Source: Promethearchaeota archaeon (GTDB taxonomy: Archaea > Asgardarchaeota > Lokiarchaeia > Sigyniarchaeales > SOKP01). From it: a DNA stretch of 64,000 nt. Below are positions 30,008 through 39,182 of this stretch, piece by piece. Made by a program: the position numbers and the translations under genes. The stretch spans positions 32,001 through 96,000 of the forward strand of contig JBHLNF010000002.1 in NCBI GenBank assembly GCA_048937405.1, given 5' to 3'. Position 1 is the stretch's first letter; each line of letters opens with the position of its first letter. The notes under the pieces are model-generated. The model was not told the DNA's origin. It saw only the letters and a program-made list of their open reading frames with translations, and ran no database searches.

Positions 30008-33000
30008 ATGGAAAAAATAGGATCAGTATTGGTTGTAGGTGGAGGGATTGCAGGAATCCAAGCTTCGATGGATTTAGCAGATTCAGGTTTTAAAGTCTAT
30101 TTAGTAGAATCATCGATGAGCATTGGAGGAGTTATGTCTCAATTAGACAAAACATTTCCTACTAATGATTGTTCAATCTGTATTTTGGCTCCTAAATTGG
30201 TTGCAGCAGGACGTCATGAAAATATCACGCTTTTGATAAATACTAATTTGGAAAGTGTTGAGGGAGATCCAGGGAATTTTAGTGTTAAGTTAAAACAAAC
30301 ATCTTTACTTTTAGATCAAGAAAAATGCACTGGTTGTGGAGTGTGCGCTCGAGAATGCCCAGTAGAAGCGATTGATTTTTTTAATGAGGGACTTTCAAAT
30401 AGAGCTGCAATCTCAGTTAAATTTCCACAAGCAGTTCCATTAGTTTTTTCAATTGATCAAGAATTGTGTATAGGATGTGGTTTCTGTAAAGGTGTATGCA
30501 AAGCTAAAGCAATAGATTATACATTAGAAGATAAATTTACCACCTTAAACGTTGGAGCTATTATATTAGCACTTGGATTTGATGAATATGATCCTGGTCT
30601 TTCGCAACATTATGGATACAGTAAATATTTGAATGTGGTTACCAGCATTGAATTTGAACGGATATTAAGTGCTAGTGGTCCACATTCCGGACTTATACTA
30701 AGACCGTCTGATGGAATTATTCCAAAAAAAATAGCATTCTTACAATGTGTTGGTTCAAGAGATAAAAAGCATGGAGCAGAGTATTGTTCATCTGTTTGTT
30801 GTATGTACACTGCTAAAGAAGCAGTAATTGCAAAAGAACATATGGAAATCATTGAACCAACGATTTTTTCGATGGATGTGAGGGCTGTTGGAAAAGATTT
30901 CGATAAATATATTGAACGTGCGCAAGATGAATATGGTATAAGATATATTAGAAGCAGAATATCAGACATTAAGGAAATATCAGATACAAAAGATTTAATT
31001 CTACACTATGAAAATGAAGATGGAAAAGTAGTTAGTGAGATTTTTAATCTTGTTGTTCTAGCAGTAGGCGCTTTACCACATCACAGCACTAAAATAATAG
31101 CAAAAAAGTTAAATATTGAATTAAATAATTATAATTTTTGCAAAACCAAACCGTTTTCACCAGTAGAATCATCTAGAGAAGGAGTCTATGTATGTGGTAT
31201 GATTTCAGAGCCTAAAGATATTCCAGAAACAGTTGTAGAGGCTAGTGCTGCCGCAGGTGTTGTAGATATTCTTTTATCCGATGTGAGAAATACGTTAATC
31301 ACTGAAAAAGAATTACCGAAAGAATTGGATACAAGTGGAGAACCCCCTCGGATAGGAGTCTTCATATGTCACTGTGGTATTAACATTGGAGGTGTGGTAG
31401 ATGTTCCTGAAGTTGTTGAATATGCGAATAAATTACCTGATGTAATTTATGCAGAAAGAAATTTGTATACATGTTCTGCTGATACACAAACCAATATTAA
31501 AGAAAAAATTAAGGAATATGATTTAAATAGAGTAATTGTTGCTTCATGTACACCAAGAACCCACGAACCTTTATTTCAAGCAACTATTAGGGAGGCGGGT
31601 TTAAATAAATATTTATTTGATTTAGCAAATATTCGAGATCAATGTTCTTGGGTGCATATGCATGAACCTGAAGAGGCGACAGAAAAAGCAAAGGATCTCG
31701 TAAGGATGGCTATAGCTAGAGCTCGAAAATTAGTTCCTCTTCAAGAACAACAAGTGGAAGTTATTCATAAGGGAATGGTAATAGGGGGAGGTGTAGCAGG
31801 TATGACAGCTGCCTTAACCCTTGCAAATCAAGGATTTGAAGTATTTCTCATTGAAAAAAGCGAAAAATTGGGAGGATTTTCCAATAATATTTACCAAACT
31901 ATAGAAAATCATGATGTTCAGACATTTCTTAAAGATTTAGTAAATAAAGTCAATAATCATAAGCTCATTAATATATTCCTCAACGCTAGAATTAATACAA
32001 TAGGTGGTTATGTCTGTAACTTTACAACAAATATAACATTTGGTGAAGATAAACAAAAAAAGGAATTTCGGCATGGTATTATTATAGTTGCTACTGGAGC
32101 CCATGAATATCAACCGAAGGAAGGTGAATTTCTTTTCGGTAAAGATGATAGAGTAGTTCTACAATCCGATCTAGAGAAAATATTATTTACTGATGAAGAA
32201 AAAATCAAGAAATTAAATTCAATAGCAATGATACAGTGCGTAGGTTCAAGAAATGAGGAACATCCTTATTGTAGTAGAATGTGTTGTAGTGAGGCTATTA
32301 AAAATGCCTTAAAAGCAAAAGAAATTAATCCAAATATTAATATTATGGTTCTTTATAGGGATATTAGAACATATGGATTTAAAGAAGAATATTACAATTT
32401 AGCTAGAGAAAAAGGAATAATTTTTCTAAGATTTAAAGAAGAAAAACCTCCAGAAATTAAATTAGAAAATGGTAACTTAAGTCTTTATATAAAAAAATCT
32501 GATATAGGGGATATCAAATTAGATGCTGATTTAGTTGCTCTAAGTGCAGGAATAGTTGCTGATGGCACAGCGAATGAAAATTTGGCAAAAATATTGAAAG
32601 TCCCAACCAATGATGATAAATTTTTCTTAGAGGCTCATGTAAAACTACGTCCATCAGATTTTGCAACAGATGGTATATTTTTATGTGGTACTGCTCGGGG
32701 AACAGCAACCATTAGGGAAAGCATAGCACAGGCAATGTCAGCAGCTTCCAGAGCTACTACAATTTTATCTAAAGATATTTTAATAACGGAAGGAGTTATT
32801 TCCAAGGTTGATCCTGCTTTATGTATTGGTTGTAATAGATGTGCTGAAGTCTGTAACTATGGGGCTGTTGGTGTAAAATATGAAGAAGGGTTAATGATCT
32901 CTGAGGTTAATCCTTTACTCTGTAAAGGTTGTGGAGATTGCGCTGCTGAATGCCCAGCTGAGGCTATAACAATGAGTCATTTTGGACGTATTCAAATTGA

Positions 33001-33499
33001 ACCAATGATAACTGAGGCTGCTAAGGTGTCAGATTCAGATGGAAGACCAAGAATAGTGGCATTTCTCTGTAATTGGTGTAGTTATGCAGGTGCAGATCTG
33101 GCAGGGGTAAGTCGATATCAATATCCCCCAAATGTAAGAACCATAAGGGTCATGTGTTCAGGTGGCATCCCAAAAAGTTTTATATTACAAGCCTTTTTAG
33201 AAGGTGCTGATGGTGTTTTTGTAGGAGGATGCCATCTTGGTGATTGTCATTATATTGCAGGAAATCAAGACACCTTAAGAAGAACAGAGGAAATTGAGAA
33301 CATTATTGAGTCGCTTGGGATTAACCCAGAAAGATTCCGACGAAAATGGGTTTCTGCGAGTGAAGGAAAAATATTTGCTGAAACAATCACAGAATTCACA
33401 GAAAAATTACAAAAATTAGGACCTATTGAAAATGATTATAAAAAAGAGAAAAGAGAAATAAGTAAGGAAGAAAATAAAGAAATAATTATAACAGAATAA
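30008..33499 (+). CDS. hdrA: Large HdrA (two FAD modules) fused to MvhD
   Basis: Contains module 1, module 2 and MvhD motifs in tandem (GGGIAG..CSICI..EFER; CHCG..GGGVAG; FLCNWCSYAGAD). Confidence 0.92.
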   Translation: MEKIGSVLVVGGGIAGIQASMDLADSGFKVYLVESSMSIGGVMSQLDKTFPTNDCSICILAPKLVAAGRHENITLLINTNLESVEGDPGNFSVKLKQTSLLLDQEKCTGCGVCARECPVEAIDFFNEGLSNRAAISVKFPQAVPLVFSIDQELCIGCGFCKGVCKAKAIDYTLEDKFTTLNVGAIILALGFDEYDPGLSQHYGYSKYLNVVTSIEFERILSASGPHSGLILRPSDGIIPKKIAFLQCVGSRDKKHGAEYCSSVCCMYTAKEAVIAKEHMEIIEPTIFSMDVRAVGKDFDKYIERAQDEYGIRYIRSRISDIKEISDTKDLILHYENEDGKVVSEIFNLVVLAVGALPHHSTKIIAKKLNIELNNYNFCKTKPFSPVESSREGVYVCGMISEPKDIPETVVEASAAAGVVDILLSDVRNTLITEKELPKELDTSGEPPRIGVFICHCGINIGGVVDVPEVVEYANKLPDVIYAERNLYTCSADTQTNIKEKIKEYDLNRVIVASCTPRTHEPLFQATIREAGLNKYLFDLANIRDQCSWVHMHEPEEATEKAKDLVRMAIARARKLVPLQEQQVEVIHKGMVIGGGVAGMTAALTLANQGFEVFLIEKSEKLGGFSNNIYQTIENHDVQTFLKDLVNKVNNHKLINIFLNARINTIGGYVCNFTTNITFGEDKQKKEFRHGIIIVATGAHEYQPKEGEFLFGKDDRVVLQSDLEKILFTDEEKIKKLNSIAMIQCVGSRNEEHPYCSRMCCSEAIKNALKAKEINPNINIMVLYRDIRTYGFKEEYYNLAREKGIIFLRFKEEKPPEIKLENGNLSLYIKKSDIGDIKLDADLVALSAGIVADGTANENLAKILKVPTNDDKFFLEAHVKLRPSDFATDGIFLCGTARGTATIRESIAQAMSAASRATTILSKDILITEGVISKVDPALCIGCNRCAEVCNYGAVGVKYEEGLMISEVNPLLCKGCGDCAAECPAEAITMSHFGRIQIEPMITEAAKVSDSDGRPRIVAFLCNWCSYAGADLAGVSRYQYPPNVRTIRVMCSGGIPKSFILQAFLEGADGVFVGGCHLGDCHYIAGNQDTLRRTEEIENIIESLGINPERFRRKWVSASEGKIFAETITEFTEKLQKLGPIENDYKKEKREISKEENKEIIITE

Positions 33500-33538
33500 G
33501 AAATCTATCAAGTTCAAAAAATTAGGAGATTTTTTAAT

Positions 33539-34237
33539 ATGATAATAACTAAACAAAAAGATATTGAAGAAATATATGAAATGATAAAACCATACTCAAA
33601 AATCCTTGTTGCTGGATGTGATGGTTGTTGTCAACCTCCACGATCAATTAATGAAGCAAAAGTGCTAGCTCAAATGCTCGAATTGAAAGCAAGGAGTGAA
33701 GGAAAAGAACTAAAATGGAAAGCTATCACTGTTTTACGACAGTGCGATGATAGAATTGCAGCAACAACAGTAAGACCATTTATTGAAGAATATGATGCAA
33801 TTGTATCATTAGCATGTGGTTTAGGGGTAGGAATGTTAAATAGAATTGTTCCTTCAATTCTCACTTTTCCAGCACAAAACAGTATGTTTGGTGGAGTAGA
33901 GAATAATGGTGAGAATTATTTTGCTGAATATTGTGAAACTTGTGGAGAATGTTTATTGGGAGTGACAGGTGGTATCTGCCCTATGGCTGGATGTGCTAAA
34001 AATTTGAGCAATGGTCCCTGTGGAGGACAAGTTGAAGGTAAATGTGAAGTAGGTGGCTATATACATGATTGTGCATGGGTAAAAATGTGGGAACGTCTTA
34101 AGAAATTTAATAGACTGGATTTATTTACAAATTATAGACCTCCAAGAAATTATAGGATATGGTCGAGTCCAAGATTCTTACATATTTATGAATCCAGTTC
34201 TAATATAGAAGAACAAAAGAAGGAGGAGAACGTATAA
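33539..34237 (+). CDS. metV: Methylene-tetrahydrofolate reductase small subunit MetV
   Basis: MIITKQK, GC.GC, ACGLG and C..CG.C.L..TGGICP...CAK...NGPCGG...G.CE...C.W motifs. Confidence 0.88.
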   Translation: MIITKQKDIEEIYEMIKPYSKILVAGCDGCCQPPRSINEAKVLAQMLELKARSEGKELKWKAITVLRQCDDRIAATTVRPFIEEYDAIVSLACGLGVGMLNRIVPSILTFPAQNSMFGGVENNGENYFAEYCETCGECLLGVTGGICPMAGCAKNLSNGPCGGQVEGKCEVGGYIHDCAWVKMWERLKKFNRLDLFTNYRPPRNYRIWSSPRFLHIYESSSNIEEQKKEENV

Positions 34238-34238
34238 A

Positions 34239-35177
34239 TTGCCAAAAAGACCTGCCTATAGTAATTTAGTAAAGGCGATTAGAGATGGAAAATTCGTCAT
34301 AACGGGTGAACTTGAGCCAGAAAAAGATTATGATATTGGTCATGTCTTGCATTCAGCAGAGGAAATGAAAAAAACTGGTAAAATTATTGCTGCTAATGTT
34401 ACAGATGGACCTCAAGGAGATGCCTATACTTGTTCCATGGTCCCTTGCTACTTAGTTCAAGAAAAAGTTGGGTTAGAAGCAATTTGGCAGATGACAGTAC
34501 GAGATAGAAATCGAATTGCATTATTTGGAGATATATTAGGTGGAACAATATTGGGTCTTAAAAATTTGCTTGCATTAACTGGAGATCATTCTGCTCTCGG
34601 AGATCATCAAAGAGCTAGACCAGTATATGATTTAGATTCTACACAATTAATTGAACTGGTTTCAAAAATGGTGGATGATGGAACTGATTTAGAAGGAAAT
34701 GAAATAAGAGGTGGAAAACCTCAGCTAAATGTGGGATGTGCCGCAAATCCTAATTCCAATCCAAGAGAACCAGAAATCTTAAAAGTTGGTAGAAAGGTAG
34801 GAGTTGGTGCCGATTTTATTCAAACCCAAACTTCATTTGATGTAGATGATGCTAAAGAGTTTTTAAAAGAATTAGAAAGATTTAACACCCCTGTTTTGCT
34901 TGGACTCTTTCCGATCAAAAATTATGGAATTGCCTGGTATTTTAATGAAAATATTCCTGGTGTATCAGTTCCTAAGGAATTTCTTAACGCTTTAAAGAAA
35001 GCAGAAAAAGATAATAAGGGAAACAAACAAGCCAAATATGATGCCATTGATAAAGTTAATTTAGAATTTTATGTACCATTTATTAAAGAAATTAAAAAAA
35101 CAACTAAAGCAGCGGGAATTCATTGCATGGCTGTGCATTATGAAAGATTATTCCAACCGCTCCTTAAAGACTTCTGA
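34239..35177 (+). CDS. metF: Methylene-tetrahydrofolate reductase MetF
   Basis: NVTD, RDRNR.AL, LALTGD, ANP, GADFIQTQ and GIHCM motifs; TTG start. Confidence 0.9.
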   Translation: MPKRPAYSNLVKAIRDGKFVITGELEPEKDYDIGHVLHSAEEMKKTGKIIAANVTDGPQGDAYTCSMVPCYLVQEKVGLEAIWQMTVRDRNRIALFGDILGGTILGLKNLLALTGDHSALGDHQRARPVYDLDSTQLIELVSKMVDDGTDLEGNEIRGGKPQLNVGCAANPNSNPREPEILKVGRKVGVGADFIQTQTSFDVDDAKEFLKELERFNTPVLLGLFPIKNYGIAWYFNENIPGVSVPKEFLNALKKAEKDNKGNKQAKYDAIDKVNLEFYVPFIKEIKKTTKAAGIHCMAVHYERLFQPLLKDF

Positions 35178-35272
35178 GAATTTGTGGATTAAATTAATGA
35201 TAAACATTATTTTGAAATTTTTAAATAAAAATTTTTTATATTTTTTATAAATAAGAGGAGAGATAATAGTTA

Positions 35273-35740
35273 ATGAAGAATCTTGATGATAAGGATAAAA
35301 GAATTCTTGAAATGCTTCTTGAGGATTCTAGAAGACCGTATCATGATATAGCAAAAGATCCTAAGGTAAATTTGTCTGAATCAACTGTAAGAAAACGAGT
35401 AATTAAGCTTCAGGAAGAAGGAGTGATTGAAAAGTTTACGATAAAAATCTGTCGAGAAGATGAAAGATGCATAATTGCATTCCTTACTCTTATTCCGAAA
35501 AGTTTAGCAGAAACAAAGGAATTATTAAGAGAGGCCCAAGTTCTTCCTCAATGTGAAGAAGTGTATTTCCTTGCAGGGGAATGTGGTGTTTTAGTAAAAG
35601 TTAATGTTCCTGAAATAGTTGAATTAGATGCTTTAATAGAATCATTTCGTGGTCGAGCAGATGTTAGAAGTGTTGAGAGAGTCTGCGTTGTTTTAAGGCC
35701 AATAAAAACAATTAATCAATCTGAAGGCCAAGTTTTCTAA
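35273..35740 (+). CDS. Lrp/AsnC family regulator
   Basis: LDDKD.RIL..L..DSR and SE.TVR.RV.KL...GVI..F motifs. Confidence 0.9.
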   Translation: MKNLDDKDKRILEMLLEDSRRPYHDIAKDPKVNLSESTVRKRVIKLQEEGVIEKFTIKICREDERCIIAFLTLIPKSLAETKELLREAQVLPQCEEVYFLAGECGVLVKVNVPEIVELDALIESFRGRADVRSVERVCVVLRPIKTINQSEGQVF

Positions 35741-35773
35741 TCTAAAGAGTTTATTTAATAATATATTTATCTA

Positions 35774-36367
35774 TCAATTTGCTATCGTAACTAATTTATG
35801 TTTATAATACTTTCTTAGGACTAACCTTAGAATATCTTCAAAGCAACCTAGAACGCCTTCTCCACTAATTGCTATCGTATATCGAGAATCCACGTTTTTA
35901 TATTCATAAAATTTTATTTCATTCAAAAATTCTGTAGGATTGAATTTCTTTGGTAAATCTTGTTTATTAAAAGCAATTATAACAGGAATTTCTTTAAGAG
36001 ATTCACGAAAATAAGAGAGAAGTTCTTTCCAAGATTCCAAATTTCGTTCATAAACCTCTTTTTGAGAATCTAAGACAAAAATTATTCCATCGACCGCTCG
36101 TAGAGTAACTGCCCTCGTAACAAAATAGAAATCTTGACCTGTCGTAGTATAAATATGAAGTTTTAATCTCCAATCCTGATTTTGAAATGTAACTGTTCCA
36201 TAGTCAAAAAACAAAGTTCGGTTTACTGTACTTTCAATACTATGAAGCGCCTCACCTTTACCAAAATGCGAGAATAATGCCTTAATCGAAGTAGTTTTTC
36301 CAGAGAAAGCAGGTCCAAAGTACACTATTTTTATACTGATTGTTTTGTCACAGTGATCTATAATCAT
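35774..36367 (-). CDS. MglA-like small GTPase
   Basis: IKIVYFGP..SGKTT, RTLFFD, T..GQ (MglA-type G3 lacking Asp) and NKQD motifs. Confidence 0.88.
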   Translation of the reverse strand: MIIDHCDKTISIKIVYFGPAFSGKTTSIKALFSHFGKGEALHSIESTVNRTLFFDYGTVTFQNQDWRLKLHIYTTTGQDFYFVTRAVTLRAVDGIIFVLDSQKEVYERNLESWKELLSYFRESLKEIPVIIAFNKQDLPKKFNPTEFLNEIKFYEYKNVDSRYTIAISGEGVLGCFEDILRLVLRKYYKHKLVTIAN

Positions 36368-36530
36368 GAAAATAAATCTAAAAATAAGTTTTTAAAAACC
36401 TATTTTTTACTGAAACTGAGAAATATAGATGAAGATTAATATTTTTAATAATATTCTTAAATTAATTATATAAAAGCCCTAAATCTTTAGATCACAATAT
36501 TACAAAAAATTTATTAAATTAAATAGACTT

Positions 36531-36725
36531 ATGTATGGAAAAATCGCAGCAATTTTAACAAATATATGTTTTGCTCTTTCATTTGTCTTAGCGAGAAAGA
36601 TAGATGATGAAGCTACACCAATTTTTCAAAATGCAATAAGATCAGCAGTAGGGCACCTAACTTTTTTTATAATTTGTTTATTTTTTGGTGTTATATTAAT
36701 TCTCTTAGAATTAAAAACTCTGTAA
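36531..36725 (+). pseudogene. Truncated EamA/DMT transporter fragment
   Basis: G..AA.....FA.S.V..RK......P...NAIR matches the start of an EamA domain; stops after 64 aa with no continuation found. Confidence 0.55.
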
Positions 36726-36985
36726 AAGCATTTAAATTAATGCTGAAAAGACTAAAATCTAAAAAATCTTAAATAAATCCAAAGAATTATTCTCGAAATA
36801 TGGATTAAAGTGAGTCTGTTCATCTTTATAGTATTTCTTATTAAAATTTATAGATTCGTCTTTTGTTTATATTTGTACTTTCGCAACATAAACCAATAAA
36901 ATGTTATTAATTTAAATTGAATTTCTTTTTTAATTAATTCGTTAAGGTTCTTCCCAATTGACAAAGATTTAGGGGATTAAATTAT

Positions 36986-37312
36986 ATGATAATTTTAGGA
37001 ATATTTTTATTTATACTTCAAATTTTAGATATTTTTACAACGAATATAGGAATTAAATTAGGGTGTGAGGAAGTTAATCCAGTATTAAGAAAGTCGGTTA
37101 AAAGGGGTGTTCCTGTAAAATTTATAATTCTTAAATTATCATTATCATTATTTCTTAGTTTTCTTTTACTTTTCGGAAATATTGTATTGAATTGGCTCTT
37201 AGTGGGACTGAATATATTTTGCTTTATAGTTGTTCTTAGTAATATAATAAATATCCAGATACAAAAACGATGGAATATTAAATGTGAAATAAAGCACAAG
37301 AATAGTAAATAA
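36986..37312 (+). CDS. Small membrane protein (DUF5658-like)
   Basis: LD..TT..G...G..E.NP motif followed by hydrophobic helices. Confidence 0.65.
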   Translation: MIILGIFLFILQILDIFTTNIGIKLGCEEVNPVLRKSVKRGVPVKFIILKLSLSLFLSFLLLFGNIVLNWLLVGLNIFCFIVVLSNIINIQIQKRWNIKCEIKHKNSK

Positions 37313-37735
37313 ATCTCGCATTCTAGTAATATTTATGAAGACATTAATTCAATGCAAAAATACCCCAGATAAAATTTTACTAATTTATTGAAATATTCTT
37401 TTTTGGCACGACTCTTGTCTTTGGTAACATTATAGTATTTACTTATTAATTCAATAAGAATTTTTGAAAAATTCCTAAGGAGATGCACTTATAGTATAAA
37501 CAAGTCAATAATTTTTCTCATCAAAGCCTATTATTTATATTTTCTTCCAAATATCTTATATACGTGTCCCAAGTCAATTAGAAATGGTAACCTTTTATTC
37601 TAATCCTTTAATCTTTATTAAAATTTTACATTTTTTTTAATAAGAACATTTAGGCTAAAGATTTTTGTAATGGTTAAACTTATAAATAATAAAAATAGTT
37701 TAACTTATTAACTATTTAACTAGGACTCTATTGAA

Positions 37736-37769
37736 TTGAATAGAAGTTCATTGAATAGAAATTCATTGA
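37736..37769. repeat. 15-bp tandem repeat of a semi-palindrome upstream of the nitronate monooxygenase-like gene
   Basis: ttgaatagaagttca ttgaatagaaattca ttga; each unit is TGAA-N6-TTCA. Confidence 0.6.
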
Positions 37770-37813
37770 TTTTGAAATAAGAAATTTATAATTAATGATT
37801 AAAGGTTAAAAAA

Positions 37814-38863
37814 ATGGTAATACAAACTGAAATAACTCAAATGCTAGATATTAAGCATCCTATTGTTGCAGCACCTATGGGACCTTTTTATACTACAAAA
37901 TTAACAGTGGCAGTTTCGGAGGCAGGTGGTTTAGGTGTATTAAGTCACATCAATTTGGATAATACAGTCTCTACAACAGAAGTAAAAGAAAGTATGAAGT
38001 ATGTAGTTGAGCACACGGATAAACCATTTGGCTTAAATATAAGAACAGCAACACTGCAACCCGATGCAATAAAATTATGTCGACAAGTTCCAAAGTTTAT
38101 AATGAATAATCCAAGGATAAAAGAACAATGTAATTATATCATTACTAGCGCAGGTTCACCAAAAATGTTATTTAACAAATACTATGAAACCTTAAAAAAT
38201 AGTACTAATCTAAAACATTTTCATGTTGTTCCATCTTTGGATCTAGCCAAAAAAGTAATAAAGGATGGAGTTGACGGTATTGTCGCTACTGGACATGAAG
38301 GTGGAGGACATAAATCATATGATAATACAAGTACTCTAGTATTACTACAACAAATTAGAAAAGAGTTACCACAGGTACCTTTAATTGCTAGTGGAGGCTA
38401 TGCCACAGGTGAAGGATTAGCTTCTGCTTTAGCTATGGGTGCTGGAGCAATTTCAATGGGAACTAGACTGATTGCTTCAAATGAGTGTGAATTCCATGAC
38501 AATTATAAAAATTTAGTTAAAAATTCTTCCATAGCTGATACTAAATTAGTAACAGGGGTTTTTGGTCCCGCTAGAGTATGGAGAAATAAATATGCAGAGA
38601 GCCATACAGCAGTTTCAAATAAAGAGGAAAAACGTGCCGAAGAAACATCAATAGATATCGTAGTACAAGGAGTAAAAAAATTAGAAAAAGCTTATAGAGG
38701 AAATGTTGATGATGGAATTGTACTCTTAGGACAGAGTTGCGGACTAGTAAATAATATTGAAAGTGTCTCAAACATTATTAATACAATTGTAGATGATGCT
38801 GAGGAATGTTTAAAAAATGCCTATAACCTAGTAAAAATTGAGAAAGAGATTTTAAATGTTTGA
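37814..38863 (+). CDS. Nitronate monooxygenase / FabK-like FMN enzyme
   Basis: PIVAAPM, VSEAGGLG, G.EGGGH, IASGG and MGTR motifs. Confidence 0.9.
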   Translation: MVIQTEITQMLDIKHPIVAAPMGPFYTTKLTVAVSEAGGLGVLSHINLDNTVSTTEVKESMKYVVEHTDKPFGLNIRTATLQPDAIKLCRQVPKFIMNNPRIKEQCNYIITSAGSPKMLFNKYYETLKNSTNLKHFHVVPSLDLAKKVIKDGVDGIVATGHEGGGHKSYDNTSTLVLLQQIRKELPQVPLIASGGYATGEGLASALAMGAGAISMGTRLIASNECEFHDNYKNLVKNSSIADTKLVTGVFGPARVWRNKYAESHTAVSNKEEKRAEETSIDIVVQGVKKLEKAYRGNVDDGIVLLGQSCGLVNNIESVSNIINTIVDDAEECLKNAYNLVKIEKEILNV

Positions 38864-39182
38864 TACAGAAAATCCATCTTACTCTCATACTTCTGATATT
38901 GCTGAATTGAATAATCAGTTGTTGTTTGATTATGGAAGTTCTATTAAGCATTGCTTTAATATCGAAAAAAGATCAAACTTTTCTTTTAATTTTTTTAAAT
39001 GATTTAATCATCCTAAATTTGATAAAACCAGCAATACATTCTTAAATGATTTTGAAACTTTATTTTGATATTTTTTTCAATCTTTAACTTAATTTCAGAA
39101 ATTTAATTTATTAGAATTTTTAAATAATAAACCTTGAATAATATCAAAATTAAAAAATTAATAGGACTATACTAAAAATAAG

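Noticed and set aside
24868-33499. Selenocysteine forms of HdrA/MvhD
   Set aside because: All frames are open with Cys codons, and there is no in-frame TGA.
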